DNA of 62,584 nt, filler included, from Chiloscyllium plagiosum (Eukaryota): assembly GCF_004010195.1 (NCBI RefSeq). It is 3 parts of one record of this genome, joined end to end, with 100 filler letters (N's around TTAATTAATTAA, not from the genome) between each part and the next. Parts side by side here need not be neighbours in the genome. Positions count along the whole stretch, not along the records: positions 23,929 to 47,526 come from NC_057714.1; positions 47,627 to 62,584 come from NC_057714.1; 1 more part is not named here. One strand, given 5' to 3'. Shown here in pieces: positions 38,936 through 52,314 of the stretch. Positions within the stretch are counted from its first letter, which is position 1. Every line of letters begins with the position of its first letter. A program made the translations under genes and the position numbers. The notes under the pieces are model-generated. The model was not told the origin of the DNA. It saw nothing but the letters and a program-made list of their open reading frames with translations, and searched no databases.

Positions 38936-39555
38936 AAAATAAGAGATGTAGCATCTGAAAGCTTTTAACAATAAAATCTGTGTAGTTAGGTAATTCTTCC
39001 AACAAAAATTCAAACAGTTGTAATTGAGATGAATATATAAGGTAGTGGTTGCCAACCTTTGACTCACAAATCTTGTCCAGGTCTTCTTTCAGAAGGGGTT
39101 GGATTTCTGCTTTTGAGGTGGGTGATATAAGTTGGGAAATTTCCAAGATCAGCCCATCTGGTTCAGGTTAAAGTGCCTGCTAAGATCTGATTTTCACTGT
39201 GAGGACGGGGTAGCCACCCAAGTTGCCAGGTGCTGAGTCGAGCTATTTAAAAGGCCTAGTATAGTGGTACTTTATTCCAGTTATAATGAAAACATTAAGG
39301 CCCTCAGTCCCTACTCGTCTCACTCTATCACCTGTCATACATGCCCATGCCCAATTCATGCCACCTCATGCCCATCCATTGACTCCCATGACAAACTATG
39401 CCCTTCTGCTCAATCCCCCATGGCCTCTGATAACTGTTCATACTTAACTATGGCATTTCCATGCCCATTCAATGACTATATGGAGCTAATAAATCCATGG
39501 TGACAACAAGCCATTAAAAATAGACATTTTTTTTGTAAGCTTCACCTTTTGAAAA

Positions 39556-39965
39556 GGGGGAGCTGATGACATAGTAGCATTATCACTGGGTGACTAATCC
39601 ACAGATCAAGTTAGTGCTCCAGGAATGGATGGTAGAATTTGAATTTAAAAGAATATTTGGAATTAAAATATAATGGAACAATTGTCATAAAACCCTTCTT
39701 TGTTCACTCATGTCCTTTCAGGAAGGAAGTCAGCCACCTTTACCTGGCCTGGCCTGCGTATGGCTCCAGACCAATAGCAATGTTGTTGACTCTGAAATTG
39801 CCTCAGAAGCAACTCAGTTGCATCAAATTATTGAAAAGTCTCCAAAAAGTAATGAAGCTATTCCAGCTGTGCAGCATTAACCTAGACACTGGAAACAACA
39901 ATGAACACAGCCCTGTCAATGCTGCAAAGTCCTCCAGACTAACATCTCGGGGCTAATGCCAAAAC
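39556..39965 (+). mobile_element. 5' part of the tRNA-headed LINE (head, core and endonuclease start)
   Basis: Collinear with 30279-30545 plus 31987-32155, ending CTAACATCTCGGGGCTAATGCCAAAA. Confidence 0.7.
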
Positions 39966-40769
39966 CTGATCCTCAGGAGTTTATTACCTTGTTACTGTTG
40001 GAGGGTTACACTGATTGTAGTCCTCTAGTTCCATTCCTGCACTAATCAAAGCAAGTCTGAATTTAACCAGTGACATGATCTGACCAGCTATGCAGGTTTT
40101 AAACGTTGAGCCCTTAAAATAATTCAGCCAGATTTCTTTCATCAACAAAGAATAACCAGTGTATTACTAATAAAACATCCTCAAACAGACATGGAAAGGC
40201 TAGTTTTGAAAAGAAATGCTTAGAATTTGCAAAATATAAATAACTTATATTCTAACACCTTAACTTATGGTAAGGGCAAATATAGTGCCAGACTCGTGAC
40301 TTTAGATATTGCACAGAACTCATCAAGTAACAAATGCAATTAAACAGATCTCATAGACCGTTCACTCATCCCACATGTCATTGGCACTGTTGATCATCAA
40401 ACCTCACTAAAACCTCACAATGGATTTTGATTTTTCACTTTACATGCCGTGGCTTTGAAACTTGCTCAAACACCATTGCATTATGAACTGCCTCAATGAC
40501 TTCTCACATTCTGGTGGTTTCCCTTCCTTTGCTGAGTCTACTTTCCCATGGATTCATTGGAAATTACACTCTAGTGCTTCGCCATGGGCACAATCCCAGC
40601 ATTTCACAAAGTGTGAGCTGTACCGAGCATGTACAGTTCCCGGGTTTGTTTTCTGAGCTACAATATGGCTCAATCGCACAAAGTACATCTTGCTTGTAAG
40701 TTGTTAACACCACTCTCTGCTGTACTGACCTATTAAGGCAATATGATGGTACAGGGATAATATGTTGAA

Positions 40770-41118
40770 CTTGCAACCCAGATTCTCAGGTTAAAGTTCT
40801 GGGGACAAAGGCTTGAATCCCATTATAATTGATGGTGAAGTCAGAATCCAACAATAAAATGAAATCTGCAAATAAATAAAGACTAGACTAATGGCAACCA
40901 TGTAACACCTGTCAATGTTTATAATAAACTATATGGTTTATTAATTTCCATTAGGGGAAAATATTCTACAATCCCTACCTTGTCTGGCTGATATTTGACT
41001 TCTAATCCAGAGCTTCCCAGTTCAGATTGACTCTTTAACTGTTTTCTGCACAATTAAAGATGGTCAATAAATGTTTTCCTAGCTAGGGACATTCCACATC
41101 TCATGAATGAACAAAAAT
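40770..41118 (+). mobile_element. tRNA-headed SINE-like derivative
   Basis: B-box relic, core and LINE tail ATGGTCAATAAATG..CACATCTCATGAATGAAC. Confidence 0.65.
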
Positions 41119-41626
41119 AAAGAGGAAATTGTGCACATTTCTTTTAAGTTTTCCAGAAGAACTAACATTTAACTGAATCCTCAATAAATAAAGCCTGATC
41201 TCCAAAAATACAAACCACTTATGTCGATCTGTTGTCTAACTATTACTTGTGTAAGGTTCTTCTGAGTTCTTCACAGTTCCTCGGGCTTCCCTGAGCCCCA
41301 ACTATGAGAAGCTGTACAGTTTAGTTTCCTTTCACTGCACTGTTAATAGTAGCCCTGCCTAATGTGGAATCTATCTCTCTTTCTCCCTCTATCCCTTTCA
41401 TCAACATGCATTTTCTTAGAGTTTCATTGTTAGTTACCTATTAAGCAACTTCCAAACAGTATTATTAAAAACATTGCAGCAAGTTCAACCTCAACTGCAA
41501 CTATTAAGTATAACTAATATTTTGGAGCAGTCAAATTTAGACTCCTTGCAACCATCTGTACAGTGATCACTGAAGGTTGACTTGTGTATCACAAACTCAT
41601 TCAACTAAAAGGGAATTCTTACAGTA

Positions 41627-41880
41627 AGATTAGATTACTTACAGTGTGGAAACAGACCTTTCAGCCCAACAAGTCCACACTGACCTGCTGAAGCACAACC
41701 CACCCAGACCCATTTCCGTACATTTACCCCTTCACCTAACACTACGGGCAATTTAGAATGGCCAATTCACCTAACCTGAACATTTTTGGACTGTGGGAGG
41801 TAACCGGAGCACCCGGAGGAAACCCACGCAGACACGGGGAGAATGTGCAAACTCCACACAGTCAGTTACCTGAGGCGGGA
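41627..41880 (-). mobile_element. HE1/V-SINE, 5'-truncated
   Basis: V-domain and tail. Confidence 0.85.
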
Positions 41881-43074
41881 AATAAATTCATCACAGTAGC
41901 TATTGGAATTTATACTTTCTGGACCTCATTCTTTGTTTAATGCACTGATAACTAATGATTGTGAGCACATTAGAATATTTTTCTGTTGGCAAGAAAATAC
42001 CAGAACTTAGTTTACCAACATTTTGACATCCTGACTCTCTGAATTCAATGAATTCCAAACTGCTTGGTGCAAACTGTGTGGTATGTTATCATGACATTGC
42101 TTCTGCAGCTTCGAATCTAATAAAATAAAAGATCAAGAGTGTTAAACTACCCTTGCCAGTGAAGAACAACATTATTAAAAGAGGTATTATAACAGGTGCA
42201 CTTCGATCCATCTGGGATTTGGCATGCTCTGAAAATCCAGATGATACATCCCTGTTGATGCTTGTAGCTCCTGTGCCATCAGATGTTTCTATAAGAATGA
42301 CTAGACATCCCTTCATGTATAGACTGGAATAACTGCTTACTTTTATCTTTCTGTTGGAAGGGAAAGCAATTATCTCCAAAATGGCAGCACTAATAGAGAG
42401 ACCTCTGACAATAAATTCATTTGAAACACTATGACTAATGTGAAGCTGGCAACATGTCTAAAACCGTTGAAAAGATTGTTAACTGTAATAATTACAAAGG
42501 AATGCTTTGGCACCACCATTTCAAGCTGCTCCCGCCTATGAAATTACGCATAGGAATTCCTGTGATATTAATTGGAACTCTCCAAAATGTAGGCCTAGGT
42601 TTTGCAAGAATGGAGAACCGCTCTGTCCTTGTGTAAATGATGGATAGGCCATAAAATCAGAATTCCAGCTCCCAAATGTGGCATTTTTGGGTGGGAAATT
42701 TGTCGGGTTGAGTTTCAGGCATGCGTGTTCAGAAGGGATAGTCACATAGAAAGCAGCTATCACCTCCACTTGTGTTCAGTTGGGATAATGCACATTCACT
42801 CTGGTAGGAGCAGGTCTGAACGTTTGGATGTTGATAGCCAGGGCACCCTTTTGTCGAGTCGGTGCACTGGAAGTGATTATACCTTTTTACTTTTTTGGAT
42901 CAATAAACTGAATTGGAAATTATACTTCCACAACAGGAATTTGCTTTTTGCAGCTTGACAATCGACTGTCTATGTATTGTTAAGTTGCGTGGTACAGCTG
43001 TTGCTGTTTGAAAGCAAACAGAGGGAGAAGTTGAGACAGAGCTGCACCAAGAAGCTTTTGAGCAAAGGAATTCT

Positions 43075-43805
43075 GCCGAGCAACAGCCTTCAGATTGGAT
43101 GAGCTGCAAAGTGTTAAAAAAACTGCAAGTTTCAAAAGCAGCAGAAAGTGAAACACATCTAAAGCCAGATAGCACCTCTCTCTCTCTCTTTCTCTCCATT
43201 TAAGGAAAAAGACAGTAAAACCTAGAAATCTTCAGAGAAAGATTTCGTCAAATAAAAGGTTTAAGTTCACCTGATCAATCCTTGATTCAAAGGACCATTC
43301 TATTTCTTGTTACACAACAAAAGAGAAGAAAGGATTTCTAATTTATACAACTTCATTGAGACTCCTTCAAAAACATAAAATACACATACACTCATTCAAT
43401 CGCAATTAAGACAGAGAAAAGATAAATGGTTTAACTCATCTACTAATATGTAAAAATTAATTTGTAGACGACAAACAAAATTCTGAAGATATAAAGATTT
43501 AAGTCCTCAATGTTATTTTTGTCTCACAGTATCCTTTAAACTTTTGCAATGATGATGAGATACTCTAGCCTATATACAGTGACAGTCATCTTTCATTCCA
43601 ATGGTTGATCTCCTGAACTCGCTTTCATACAAATCAGATTTTTTAAAGTTTTCAAGGATTTCTATCTTTTTCCCGTATGTAGGAAGAGAGAGAGAGAGAT
43701 GCTATCTGTCTGCAGGCTTTGGGTGTTTCTCATTTTTGCTGCATTTGTCATGTAAAGCTCTTTCAACATTTTCCAGCCCAGCCAATCAGAAGGCCTGCTT
43801 CCATA
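43075..43805. repeat. Old imperfect long inverted repeat
   Basis: Arm ~43075-43295 aligns to the reverse complement of ~43590-43805. Confidence 0.75.
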
Positions 43806-44177
43806 CAGTAGGGGTGCTGTGATCTGATGTCTGATATAACAAAGCTCCTCATGAACATGCTCAGTGTTTACTTTTTGAGGAAAGAATAAAGTTACCCTTT
43901 ACTCCCCATAGGGATGATGCAGATATAATTGAACTGGGGTGTAATTGGAATGCTGTGGATAAGTGGGGCTGCTGCATTCATATTCCTCCTGACACCACTG
44001 TAACAGTTCAATACATTTTAGAAACTGATCATTTGCTTATAGCTGTTACCTAAGTTACAATGGTCGCTGAGATATTGTCAGTTGAACAGGCCAAGCATCA
44101 CTGGAGACTAATAGAACAGAGGGGATCTGAAACTGGTATTAGCCATGTTATTAACATATACATAGGGTCTAAAACTT

Positions 44178-44827
44178 TATTGTATCCGTTGGTCCCGATA
44201 CGGTCTCCTCTACATTGGGGAGACTGGGCGCCTCCTAGCAGAGCGCTTTAGGGAACATCTCCGGGACACCCGCACCAATCAACCACACCGCCCCGTGGCC
44301 CAACATTTCAACTCCCCCTCCCACTCTGCCGAGGACATGGAGGTCCTGGGCCTCTTTCACCGCCGCTCCCTCACCACCAGTTGCCAGGAGGAAGAACGCC
44401 TCATCTTCTGCCTCGGAACACTTCAACCCCAGGGCATCAATGTGGATGTTAACAGTTTCCTCATTTCCCCTACCCCACCTCACCCTAGTTCCAAACTTCC
44501 AGCTCAGCACTGTCCCCATGACTTGTCCGGAATTGTCCTACCTGCCTATCTCCTTTTCCACCTATCCACTACACCCTCTTCTCCCTGACCTATCACCTTC
44601 ATCCCCTCCCCCACTCACCCATTGTACTCTATGCTACTTTCTCCCCACCCTCACCCTCCTCTAGCTTATCTCTCCACGCTTCAGGCTCTCTGCCTTTATT
44701 CCTGATGAAGGGCTTTTGCCCGAAACATCAATTTCGCTGCTCCTTGGATGCTGCCTGAACTGCTGTGCTCTTCCAGCACCACTAATCCAGAATCTGGTTT
44801 CCAGCATCTTCAGTCATTGTTTTTACC
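44178..44827 (+). mobile_element. PLE GIY-YIG fragment plus 3' terminus with hammerhead motif (44702-44729)
   Basis: LYIGETGR..VAQHFNSPSH; TSD tctaaaactt at 44168-44177 and 44828-44837; CTGATGA-A-GGGC-TTTT-GCCC-GAAAC-ATC. Confidence 0.88.
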
Positions 44828-45299
44828 TCTAAAACTTGTTGTGCAGCTATTGGTCATGCTTAAAATTATGGGCCCAATGAATATTGCATTAGCTGAGGGA
44901 GTTGGAGTGGCTTAATGGGTCGTAAATGATTCCAACAAATGAACAGAAAATATCAGTTGAGCTAATTTTTTGGGAAATTGGATTGAAATATGATGCAAAG
45001 CTGTCTGTTCCAAACTGCAAAGTTGTTGTGGTTTGTGATAATGTGGTAATGAATCTGTTGACATGAAATCTCTTCATGTAGTCTTCTGTTTTAGTCACCA
45101 CGTTATAGAATCATAACAATATCTATGTTACCAATATTCTCCAGGCCAAAGTTAACTCCTTGATCCTGTAAGTCACAAACCTCATGACAAAAATGGAGAA
45201 TGATGATTGAAATAAATTCCATATTATGACCCTTGAAATCCAGTGAGGATCTTGCTCATTTGAGGTGATCACACTTAGGCAAGGTTATAGTAAAATAAT

Positions 45300-45504
45300 G
45301 CTGAAAATGTGTTGCTGGAAAAGCGCAGCAGGTCAGGCAGCATTCAAGGAACAGGAGAATCGACGTTTCGGGCATAAGCCCTTCTTCAGGCTTATGCCTG
45401 AAACGTCGATTCTCCTGTTCCTTGGATGCTTCCTGACCTGCTGTGCTTTTCCAGCAACACATTTTCAGCTCTGATCTCCAGCATCTGCAGTCCTCACTTT
45501 CTCC
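45300..45504. mobile_element. Palindromic PLE mini-element
   Basis: 14-bp TSD tatagtaaaataat at 45286-45299 and 45505-45518; intact hammerhead on the - strand at 45362-45389. Confidence 0.9.
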
Positions 45505-46779
45505 TATAGTAAAATAATACACAGTATATAATGTTGTAAAGATCAGTAAATTTGCAACTGATTAAGTGACCAGTTCTTTTAAATGGTGGGTTGAATCTTG
45601 TGCTCATGAGGTTGATGAATAAAGGCAGGAAGGGCATTTAATTGGACAGAGTGATAGCAATCTTGTTCCTGTTGGCAACCTGCCTGCTCTGAAATGCAGT
45701 TTGAGGTGGGAAGATCTACAATTCATCCTCCTGATTCATCACTAATTGAGGTACTCATGTAGTCACTTTAAAACTACTTGAGGGTTCCTTCCCAGTGCTG
45801 ATGGCATGATGCCATTTAAATTAGCTATCCACTATGTGCTATCCCTGGAAGCATTAAAGAGTGATGGGGTGAGAAGAGGGCTTCAATCAAAGGCACTCAT
45901 TGCTTGATCAAAGCAATGGACATTGTGCATTTCTGGAGAGCCAGCCCCCTGCCTTTGCTGCCAATCCCCTTGTCCTTTACATTGTGTCCTCCAACCTGTA
46001 AAATTCCCTACAATTTTGCTCCAAGATATAGGTTTTTTTTTTCCCAGGAACAACCACAGACTCCTCGCTGATGCTGCCAAGCATAGGAGGAAGGCTTTAC
46101 TGGAGTTCTTGAAACTGTCTGATTATCAAATGATAGGAAGGCTGACTTAGAAGAAGCAGCTCTAGTCTCTTGCTGGCTCTCAGGTTGACAACTAAGGACC
46201 TTAGAGGCAACGGATCTCCAGAAGTATTGACCATGGTGACCAGTATTTAAGGACACAACCCCTGGGGAATCAGTTGCATGCATCCCTTGTCCACAAACTT
46301 TGGTATTCAACATTTGCCAACCTCTCGTCATACGGCACCTCTCTGGTCCACTTGAAACCAGCTTGGGAAGCTCTGACATGCATTGCAGGATGCACTGGCA
46401 ACTAGCATTGTGAGGCTGCAGTAGGGACACTTTGGATGCAGGAACAGGCACATAGTTCCTTGATCAGCTCGCAATACATACTTCTGGTTAGTGTTAAATA
46501 TGTGTTCAATGACCGTTACTAATACTATTATTATCTCCAGTGTTCTCTGTGCCAAAAGTCTCTGCACATTACGAATACCATTTTGAAATCCTAAGTGGTC
46601 TTGTAGTGAACAATAAAAAATGGTGCTTTCAAGCTCAATTTGACCCCAGGTAGAATTACACAGCACAGGCAGAAGGCATATGCCTCATCATGTCTGTGTC
46701 AGGTCTTTAAAATTAGTCCTACTCACCTTCTCTTCCTCCATAGTCCTGGAATTCCTTGTAGAGTCAATAATATAGGGCT

Positions 46780-46974
46780 CTGGAAAAAGCACAGCAGCTC
46801 AGGCAGCATCTGAGGAACAAGAGAGTCGACATTTCATGTAGGACCTGAAGAAAGGTTAAGCTTGAAATGTCGACTCCCTTGCTCCTCAGATGCTGCCTGG
46901 TCTGCTGTGCCTTTTCCAGCACCACACTTGATCAATTCTGACTTCTCCAGCATTTGAAGTCCTCACTATCTCCT
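46780..46974. mobile_element. Older palindromic PLE mini-element
   Basis: Inverted arms; decayed core CTGAAGA..GAAATGTC at 46845-46871. Confidence 0.75.
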
Positions 46975-47199
46975 AGTTGCTTTTCAAGTACACAATTGAC
47001 CTGGCTGACTGGATACCTAGTAAGTTGAGAAATGAGGATGTTCTGCTTATTAATAGCTCTGTTGGCTGGGTCAATGACCACTGCATAAACTTGAATTCCT
47101 GTATTGATCTGATGCCTTTCCTGGTAATTGTATACTTTGATAGGAAATAGGTTAGTTTATGTTGAGCACGATTCAAATTATAGGCTTCGGACTGCTGAA

Positions 47200-47526
47200 T
47201 ATTTCTTTCTTCCATATCCTTCCATATCCACCACAAATTCACCTGCACCTCCACACACATCATTTACTGCATCCACTGCACCTGATGTGGCCTCCTCTAT
47301 ATTGAGGAGACAGGCCACCTACTTGTGGAACGTTTCAGAGAACACCTTGGGACACCCGGACCAACCAACCCAACTACCCCGTGGCTCAACATTTCAACTC
47401 CCCCTCCCACTCCACCAAGGACATGCAGGTTCTTGGACTCCTCCATCACCAGACCATAGCAACACGACGGTTGGAGGAAGAGCGCCTCATCTTCCGCCTA
47501 GGAACCCTCCAATCACAAGGGATGAA
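47200..47526 (+). mobile_element. PLE GIY-YIG fragment (ends at a gap)
   Basis: IYCIHCT.CGLLYIEETG..VAQHFNSPSH. Confidence 0.85.
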
Positions 47527-47626
47527 NNNNNNNNNNNNNNNNNNNNNNNNNNNNNNNNNNNNNNNNNNNNTTAATTAATTAANNNNNNNNNNNNNNNNNN
47601 NNNNNNNNNNNNNNNNNNNNNNNNNN
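47527..47626. other. Assembly linker N44-TTAATTAATTAA-N44
   Basis: Same as 23829-23928. Confidence 0.95.
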
Positions 47627-48412
47627 CTGTCTTCTGTCGACCAGCCAATTCTGTATCCACACAGCTAAATTTCCCTGTATCCCATTCCTCCTGACCTTCT
47701 GAACGAGCCTACCATGGGGAAACATAGCAAATGCCTTACTGAAGTCCATATACACAACATCCACCGCTCAACCCTCATCAACTTGTCTAGTAACATCCTC
47801 AAAGAACTCAATAAGATTTGTGAGGCATGAACTGTCCCTCACAAAGCTGTGCTGACTGCATTTAATCAAGCCATGCTCTTCCAGATGGTCATAAATCCTA
47901 TCCCTCAGGATCCTTTCTAACACCTTGCAGATGACAGACGTGAAACTTACAGGTCTGCAATTGCCGGGGATTTCCCTATTTCCTTTCTTGAAGAGAGGAA
48001 TTACATTTGCCTCCCTCCAGTCCTCCGGTACGATTCCGGTGGAGAGCGAGGATGCAAAGATCTTCGCATATGGCGAAGCAATCACTTTCTCGCTTCCCAA
48101 AGCAGCCAAGGACAAATCTGGTCTGGCCCTGGTGACTTGTCAATCTTAATGTTTGTCAAAATTTTCAACACATCAGCTTTCTCAATCTCTATCTGTTCCA
48201 GCATGCTTACCTGCTCCTCAATGGTTTCATTCACTACGAGGTCCTTTTCTTTAGTAAAGACAGAAGTAAAAAACTCATTTAGGGCTTCCCCTACCTCCTC
48301 AGACTCTATACACAAGTTCCCTATGCTATCCCTGATCGGCCCTACTCATTCTTTGATCATTCTCTTATTCCTCACATACGTGTAAAATGCCTTTGGATTT
48401 TCCCTAATCCTA
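47627..48412 (-). mobile_element. CR1 RT fragment
   Basis: KSPGPD, WREANVIPLFKKG, SCLTNLIEFF, VVYMDFSKAF. Confidence 0.92.
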
Positions 48413-48414
48413 TC

Positions 48415-49566
48415 ATCGATAGTCACAGGTGAGATGCCAGAAGACTGCAGGTTGGCTAACATGGTGCCACTGTTGAAGAAGGGAGGTAAGGACAAGCCAG
48501 GGAACTAAAGACCAGTGAGCCTGACGTCAATTGTGGGCAAGTTGTAGGAGGGAATCCAGAGGGACAGGATGTACATGGATTTGGAAAGGCAAGGACTGAT
48601 TAGGGATAATCAACATGGCTTTGTATGTGGGAAATCGTGTCTCACAAACTTGATTGAGTTTTTTGAGGAAGTAACAAAGAGGATTGATGAGGGCAGAGTG
48701 ATAGATGTGATTTATATGGACTTCAGTAAGGCGTTCGACAAGGTTCCCCATGCAGACTGAGCAGCAAGGTTAGATCTCACGGAATACAGGGAGAACTAGC
48801 CATTTGGATACAGAGCTGGCTCAGAGGGTGGTGGCGGAGGGTTGTTTTTCAGACTGGAGGCCTGTGACCAATGGAGTGCCACTGTCGTGGACAGCAAAGA
48901 GGGTTACCTCAGATTACAACAGGATCTTGACCAGATGGGCCAATGAGCTGAGAATTGGCAGATGGAGTTTAATTCAGATAAATGCGAGGTGCTGCATTTT
49001 GGGAAAGCAAATCTTAGCAGGACTTATACACTTAATGGTAAGGTCCCAGGGAGTGTTGCTGAACAAAGAGACCTTGGAGTGCAGGTTCATAGCTCCTTGA
49101 AAGTGGANNNNNNNNNNNNNNNNNNNNNNNNNNNNNNNNNNNNNNNNNNNNNNNNNNNNNNNNNNNNNNNNNNNNNNNNNNNNNNNNNNNNNNNNNNNNN
49201 NNNNNNNNNNNNNNNNNNNNNNNNNNNNNNNNNNNNNNNNNNNNNNNNNNNNNNNNNNNNNNNNNNNNNNNNNNNNNNNNNNNNNNNNNNNNNNNNNNNN
49301 NNNNNNNNNNNNNNNNNNNNNNNNNNNNNNNNNNNNNNNNNNNNNNNNNNNNNNNNNNNNNNNCCAGAGGAAGTGGTGGAGGCTGGTACAATTGCAACAT
49401 TTAAGAGGCATTTGGATGGGTATATGAATAGGAAGGGTTTGGAGGGACATGGGCCGGGTACTGACAGGTAGGACTAGATTGGGTTGGGATATCTGGTCGG
49501 CATGGATAGGTAGGACCGAAGAGTCGGTTTCCATGCTGTACATCTCTATGACTCCATGACTCTATG
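48415..49566 (+). mobile_element. CR1 RT to 3' end (internal gap)
   Basis: QHGFVCGKSCLTNL, MDFSKAFDKVPH, MEFNSDKCEVLHFG; (CTCTATGA)n tail. Confidence 0.92.
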
Positions 49567-50029
49567 AGGGGTGGGCAAAAAATGTGACAGGATGGTTAGC
49601 CACGTTATTTTACAGACATTACCCCCCCACCCTTCCCCCACACACAACCTTTCAAGCTAGAGGAGTCAAGTGACAAGCTTTGCACTGAATCAGTGGTGCC
49701 AAGTGTTACCAGGAATGGAAGCTATCCATTGTGCATGAGGGTCAAAGGCAAACTGCAGCAGGTGAGAGGGCCAGCAGCTTCATTCGTGAACTAAATTGGC
49801 CAAACTTCAACTGAAATGCACTGCACCAAATCCTGAACAAACCTTTTTGGGGGCACAAGTTATACCTGAAAATAAGTCACTTAGTTGTTCCCTGTATTGA
49901 ACCCAATAACTGTGTATGAACATACTTCTTCCTGCTCAGGTTTGGCAAGTTATGATTTGTAAAATGTCTTTTGGCTCTTCCTGGCCTGATTTACCAGCTC
50001 CTGAAAAAGCTAACAGGCTGTTCATTGGA

Positions 50030-51845
50030 GCCATAAAACAATGCGAAATAGGAGCTGAATAAGGCCATTCAGTCTATTGGGTCTGCTCTGCCATTTGAAC
50101 AAGGCTGATATGTTTCTCAAACCCTGCCTTTTCCTGCCTTCTCCCCATAACCCTTGATCTCCTTACCAATCAAAAACCTATCTGGCTCTGTCTTCAATAC
50201 ACTCAATGACTTGGCCCCCACAGCCCTTGCAGCAATGAATTCCACAGAGTCACCACCCACCCTCTGGCTGAAGAATTTCCTCTTCATCTCAGTTCTTTCA
50301 ATCTGAGGCTAGCCTCTCCTATTAGTGGAAATATCTTCTCCATCCTGGCCTCTCATTATCCTGTAAGTTTCAATCAGATCCCACCTCATCCTTCTGAACT
50401 TCAATGAATACAGACTGAGAGTCCTCAACTGCTCCTCATATGACAAGCCATTCATCCCTGGGATCATTCCTGTAAACCTCCTCTGGAGCTACTCTAATGC
50501 CAGCGCGTGTTTCCTTCGGTATGGAGTCCAAAACTGCTTACAATATTCCAAATGTGATCTGACAAAAGCCTTATACAGCCTACGCAGTACACCACTGCTC
50601 TTGTATCCTAGTCCTCTTGAAATGAATGCCAAAACTGCATTTGCCTTCCTAACTGCCAACTGAATCTGCATGTTAACCTTAAGAGAATCCTGAACTAGGA
50701 CTCCCAAGCGAGATATTTGTGCGAGATTTTTTGCGATTTACAAATGAAAGAACTGAAACCAACACGGTCATTCTAAAAGATGAGAGACTTAATAATCAAG
50801 CAGGTCTTTTTCAATATATAATTTCAGTTATATCACACTGTAAACGTTTGCTATAAATTCTGTGTCTTACAATCTTATTCTCTGCAACTACCTGATGAAG
50901 GAGCAGCACTGTGAAAGCTAATGCTTCCAAATAAACCTGTTGGACTATAACCTGGTGTTGTGTGATTTTTAACTTTGTGTCATCTGCAAACTAAGCAACA
51001 ATGTATCTCAGTTCCTTTATCCAAAGCATTAATGTATAACATGAATATTTGTGGCCCCAAAAACTGACTTCTGTGGAACTCCAATAGTCACCAACTGCCA
51101 TTCTGAGTGTTATATTAGCCACTTTCCATTCCTCTGGGTCCCTCCTGACTCCAGTGACTCCTGAAAGATCACCATCAATGCTTTTATAATCTCCTCAGCT
51201 CTCTTCTTCTGAAGTCTGAGGTGGAGCCCATCCGATCTGAGTGATTTATCCACATTTAGACTTTTCAGCTTCCCCAACACTTCCTCCTTAGTGATGACCA
51301 CTACACTCACCCCTTCCCCCTCACTCTCTTGAAGGCATTCCTGGCATTTCCACTGTGAAAATTGATGCAAAGTACCTATTCAGTTCCTCCACCCTTTCTT
51401 TATTTCCTGTTAGTACTTCTCCAGCCTCATTTTCCAATGGTCCAATGTTCATTCTTGCCTCTCTCTTACCTTTCAGATATTGAAAAAAAAGCTTGCTTTT
51501 TTTATATTACTAGCTAGCTCACTCTCGTATTTCATCCTCTCCACCTCCTTTGCTTTTTTTTAGTTATCCTCTGCCAGTTTTTACTCTGGCTTCCCAGTAT
51601 ATTCACCTATCGTATGCATTTTATCTTGCTTTTATGCTGCTCCTGACCTTCCTTGTCAGCCATGGTTGACTTATCTTCCCCTTAACATGTGTCTTTTTCC
51701 TTGGAATGAATTTCTGTTCAATTGCCTTCTCAATTGCCCCCAGAAATTCTTGCCATTGCTGGTGCACTGTCTTCACTGCTAGGCTTCCCTTCCAGATCCT
51801 CCCTCATGTCTTTGTTGTTAGCTTTACTCAATTATAATACCGCCA
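50030..51845 (-). mobile_element. Old CR1 LINE interrupted by a PLE family-2 3' fragment (~50710-50978, + strand)
   Basis: LYKAFVRSHLEYC and VDKSLRSDGLH; the insert is homologous to 27830-28050 with a hammerhead relic at 50892-50920. Confidence 0.8.
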
Positions 51846-51999
51846 AGTACTCCTACTTCCCTGTGTTGATTTTGCAAATTCCAGCACGTCCTGATGGTAT
51901 TGGGACACAGCAAACAATCCAAGGAAACAATTTTTCGAAGAGTGCATGTACTTTTTCTCACTCTCATATTTTGAGTGAAAATCCTTACCTTGCTTTCCC

Positions 52000-52314
52000 A
52001 GGGTGAAGGATTCAATGACGAGAGGTCATGCTTTCAAGGTGAGAGGTGGAAAGTTTAAGGGGGATACACGCAGCAAGTACTTCACACAGAGGGTGGTGGG
52101 CGTTTGGAATGCTTTGCCAGCAGAGGTGGTAGAGGCAGGCATGGTAGATTCATTTAAGATGCATCTGGACAGATGCATGAGTAGGTGGGGAGCAGAGGGA
52201 TATAAATGCTTAGGAATTGATTGACAGGTTTAGACAGTACATTTGGATTGGCTCAGGCTTGGAGGGCCGAAGGGCCTGTTCCTGGGCTGTAAATTTTCTT
52301 TGTTCTTTGTTCTA
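52000..52314 (+). mobile_element. CR1 3' end
   Basis: TRGHAFKV..FTQRVVGVWNALP; (TTCTTTG)n tail. Confidence 0.9.

Noticed and set aside
39990..41593. Possible long solo LTR (TGTTA..ATCACA)
   Set aside because: There is no matching TSD or second copy in the window, so it cannot be supported.
47627..49566. Head-to-head CR1 pieces as a twin-priming inversion
   Set aside because: The two pieces overlap in ORF2 coordinates and differ in sequence, so they are separate insertions.
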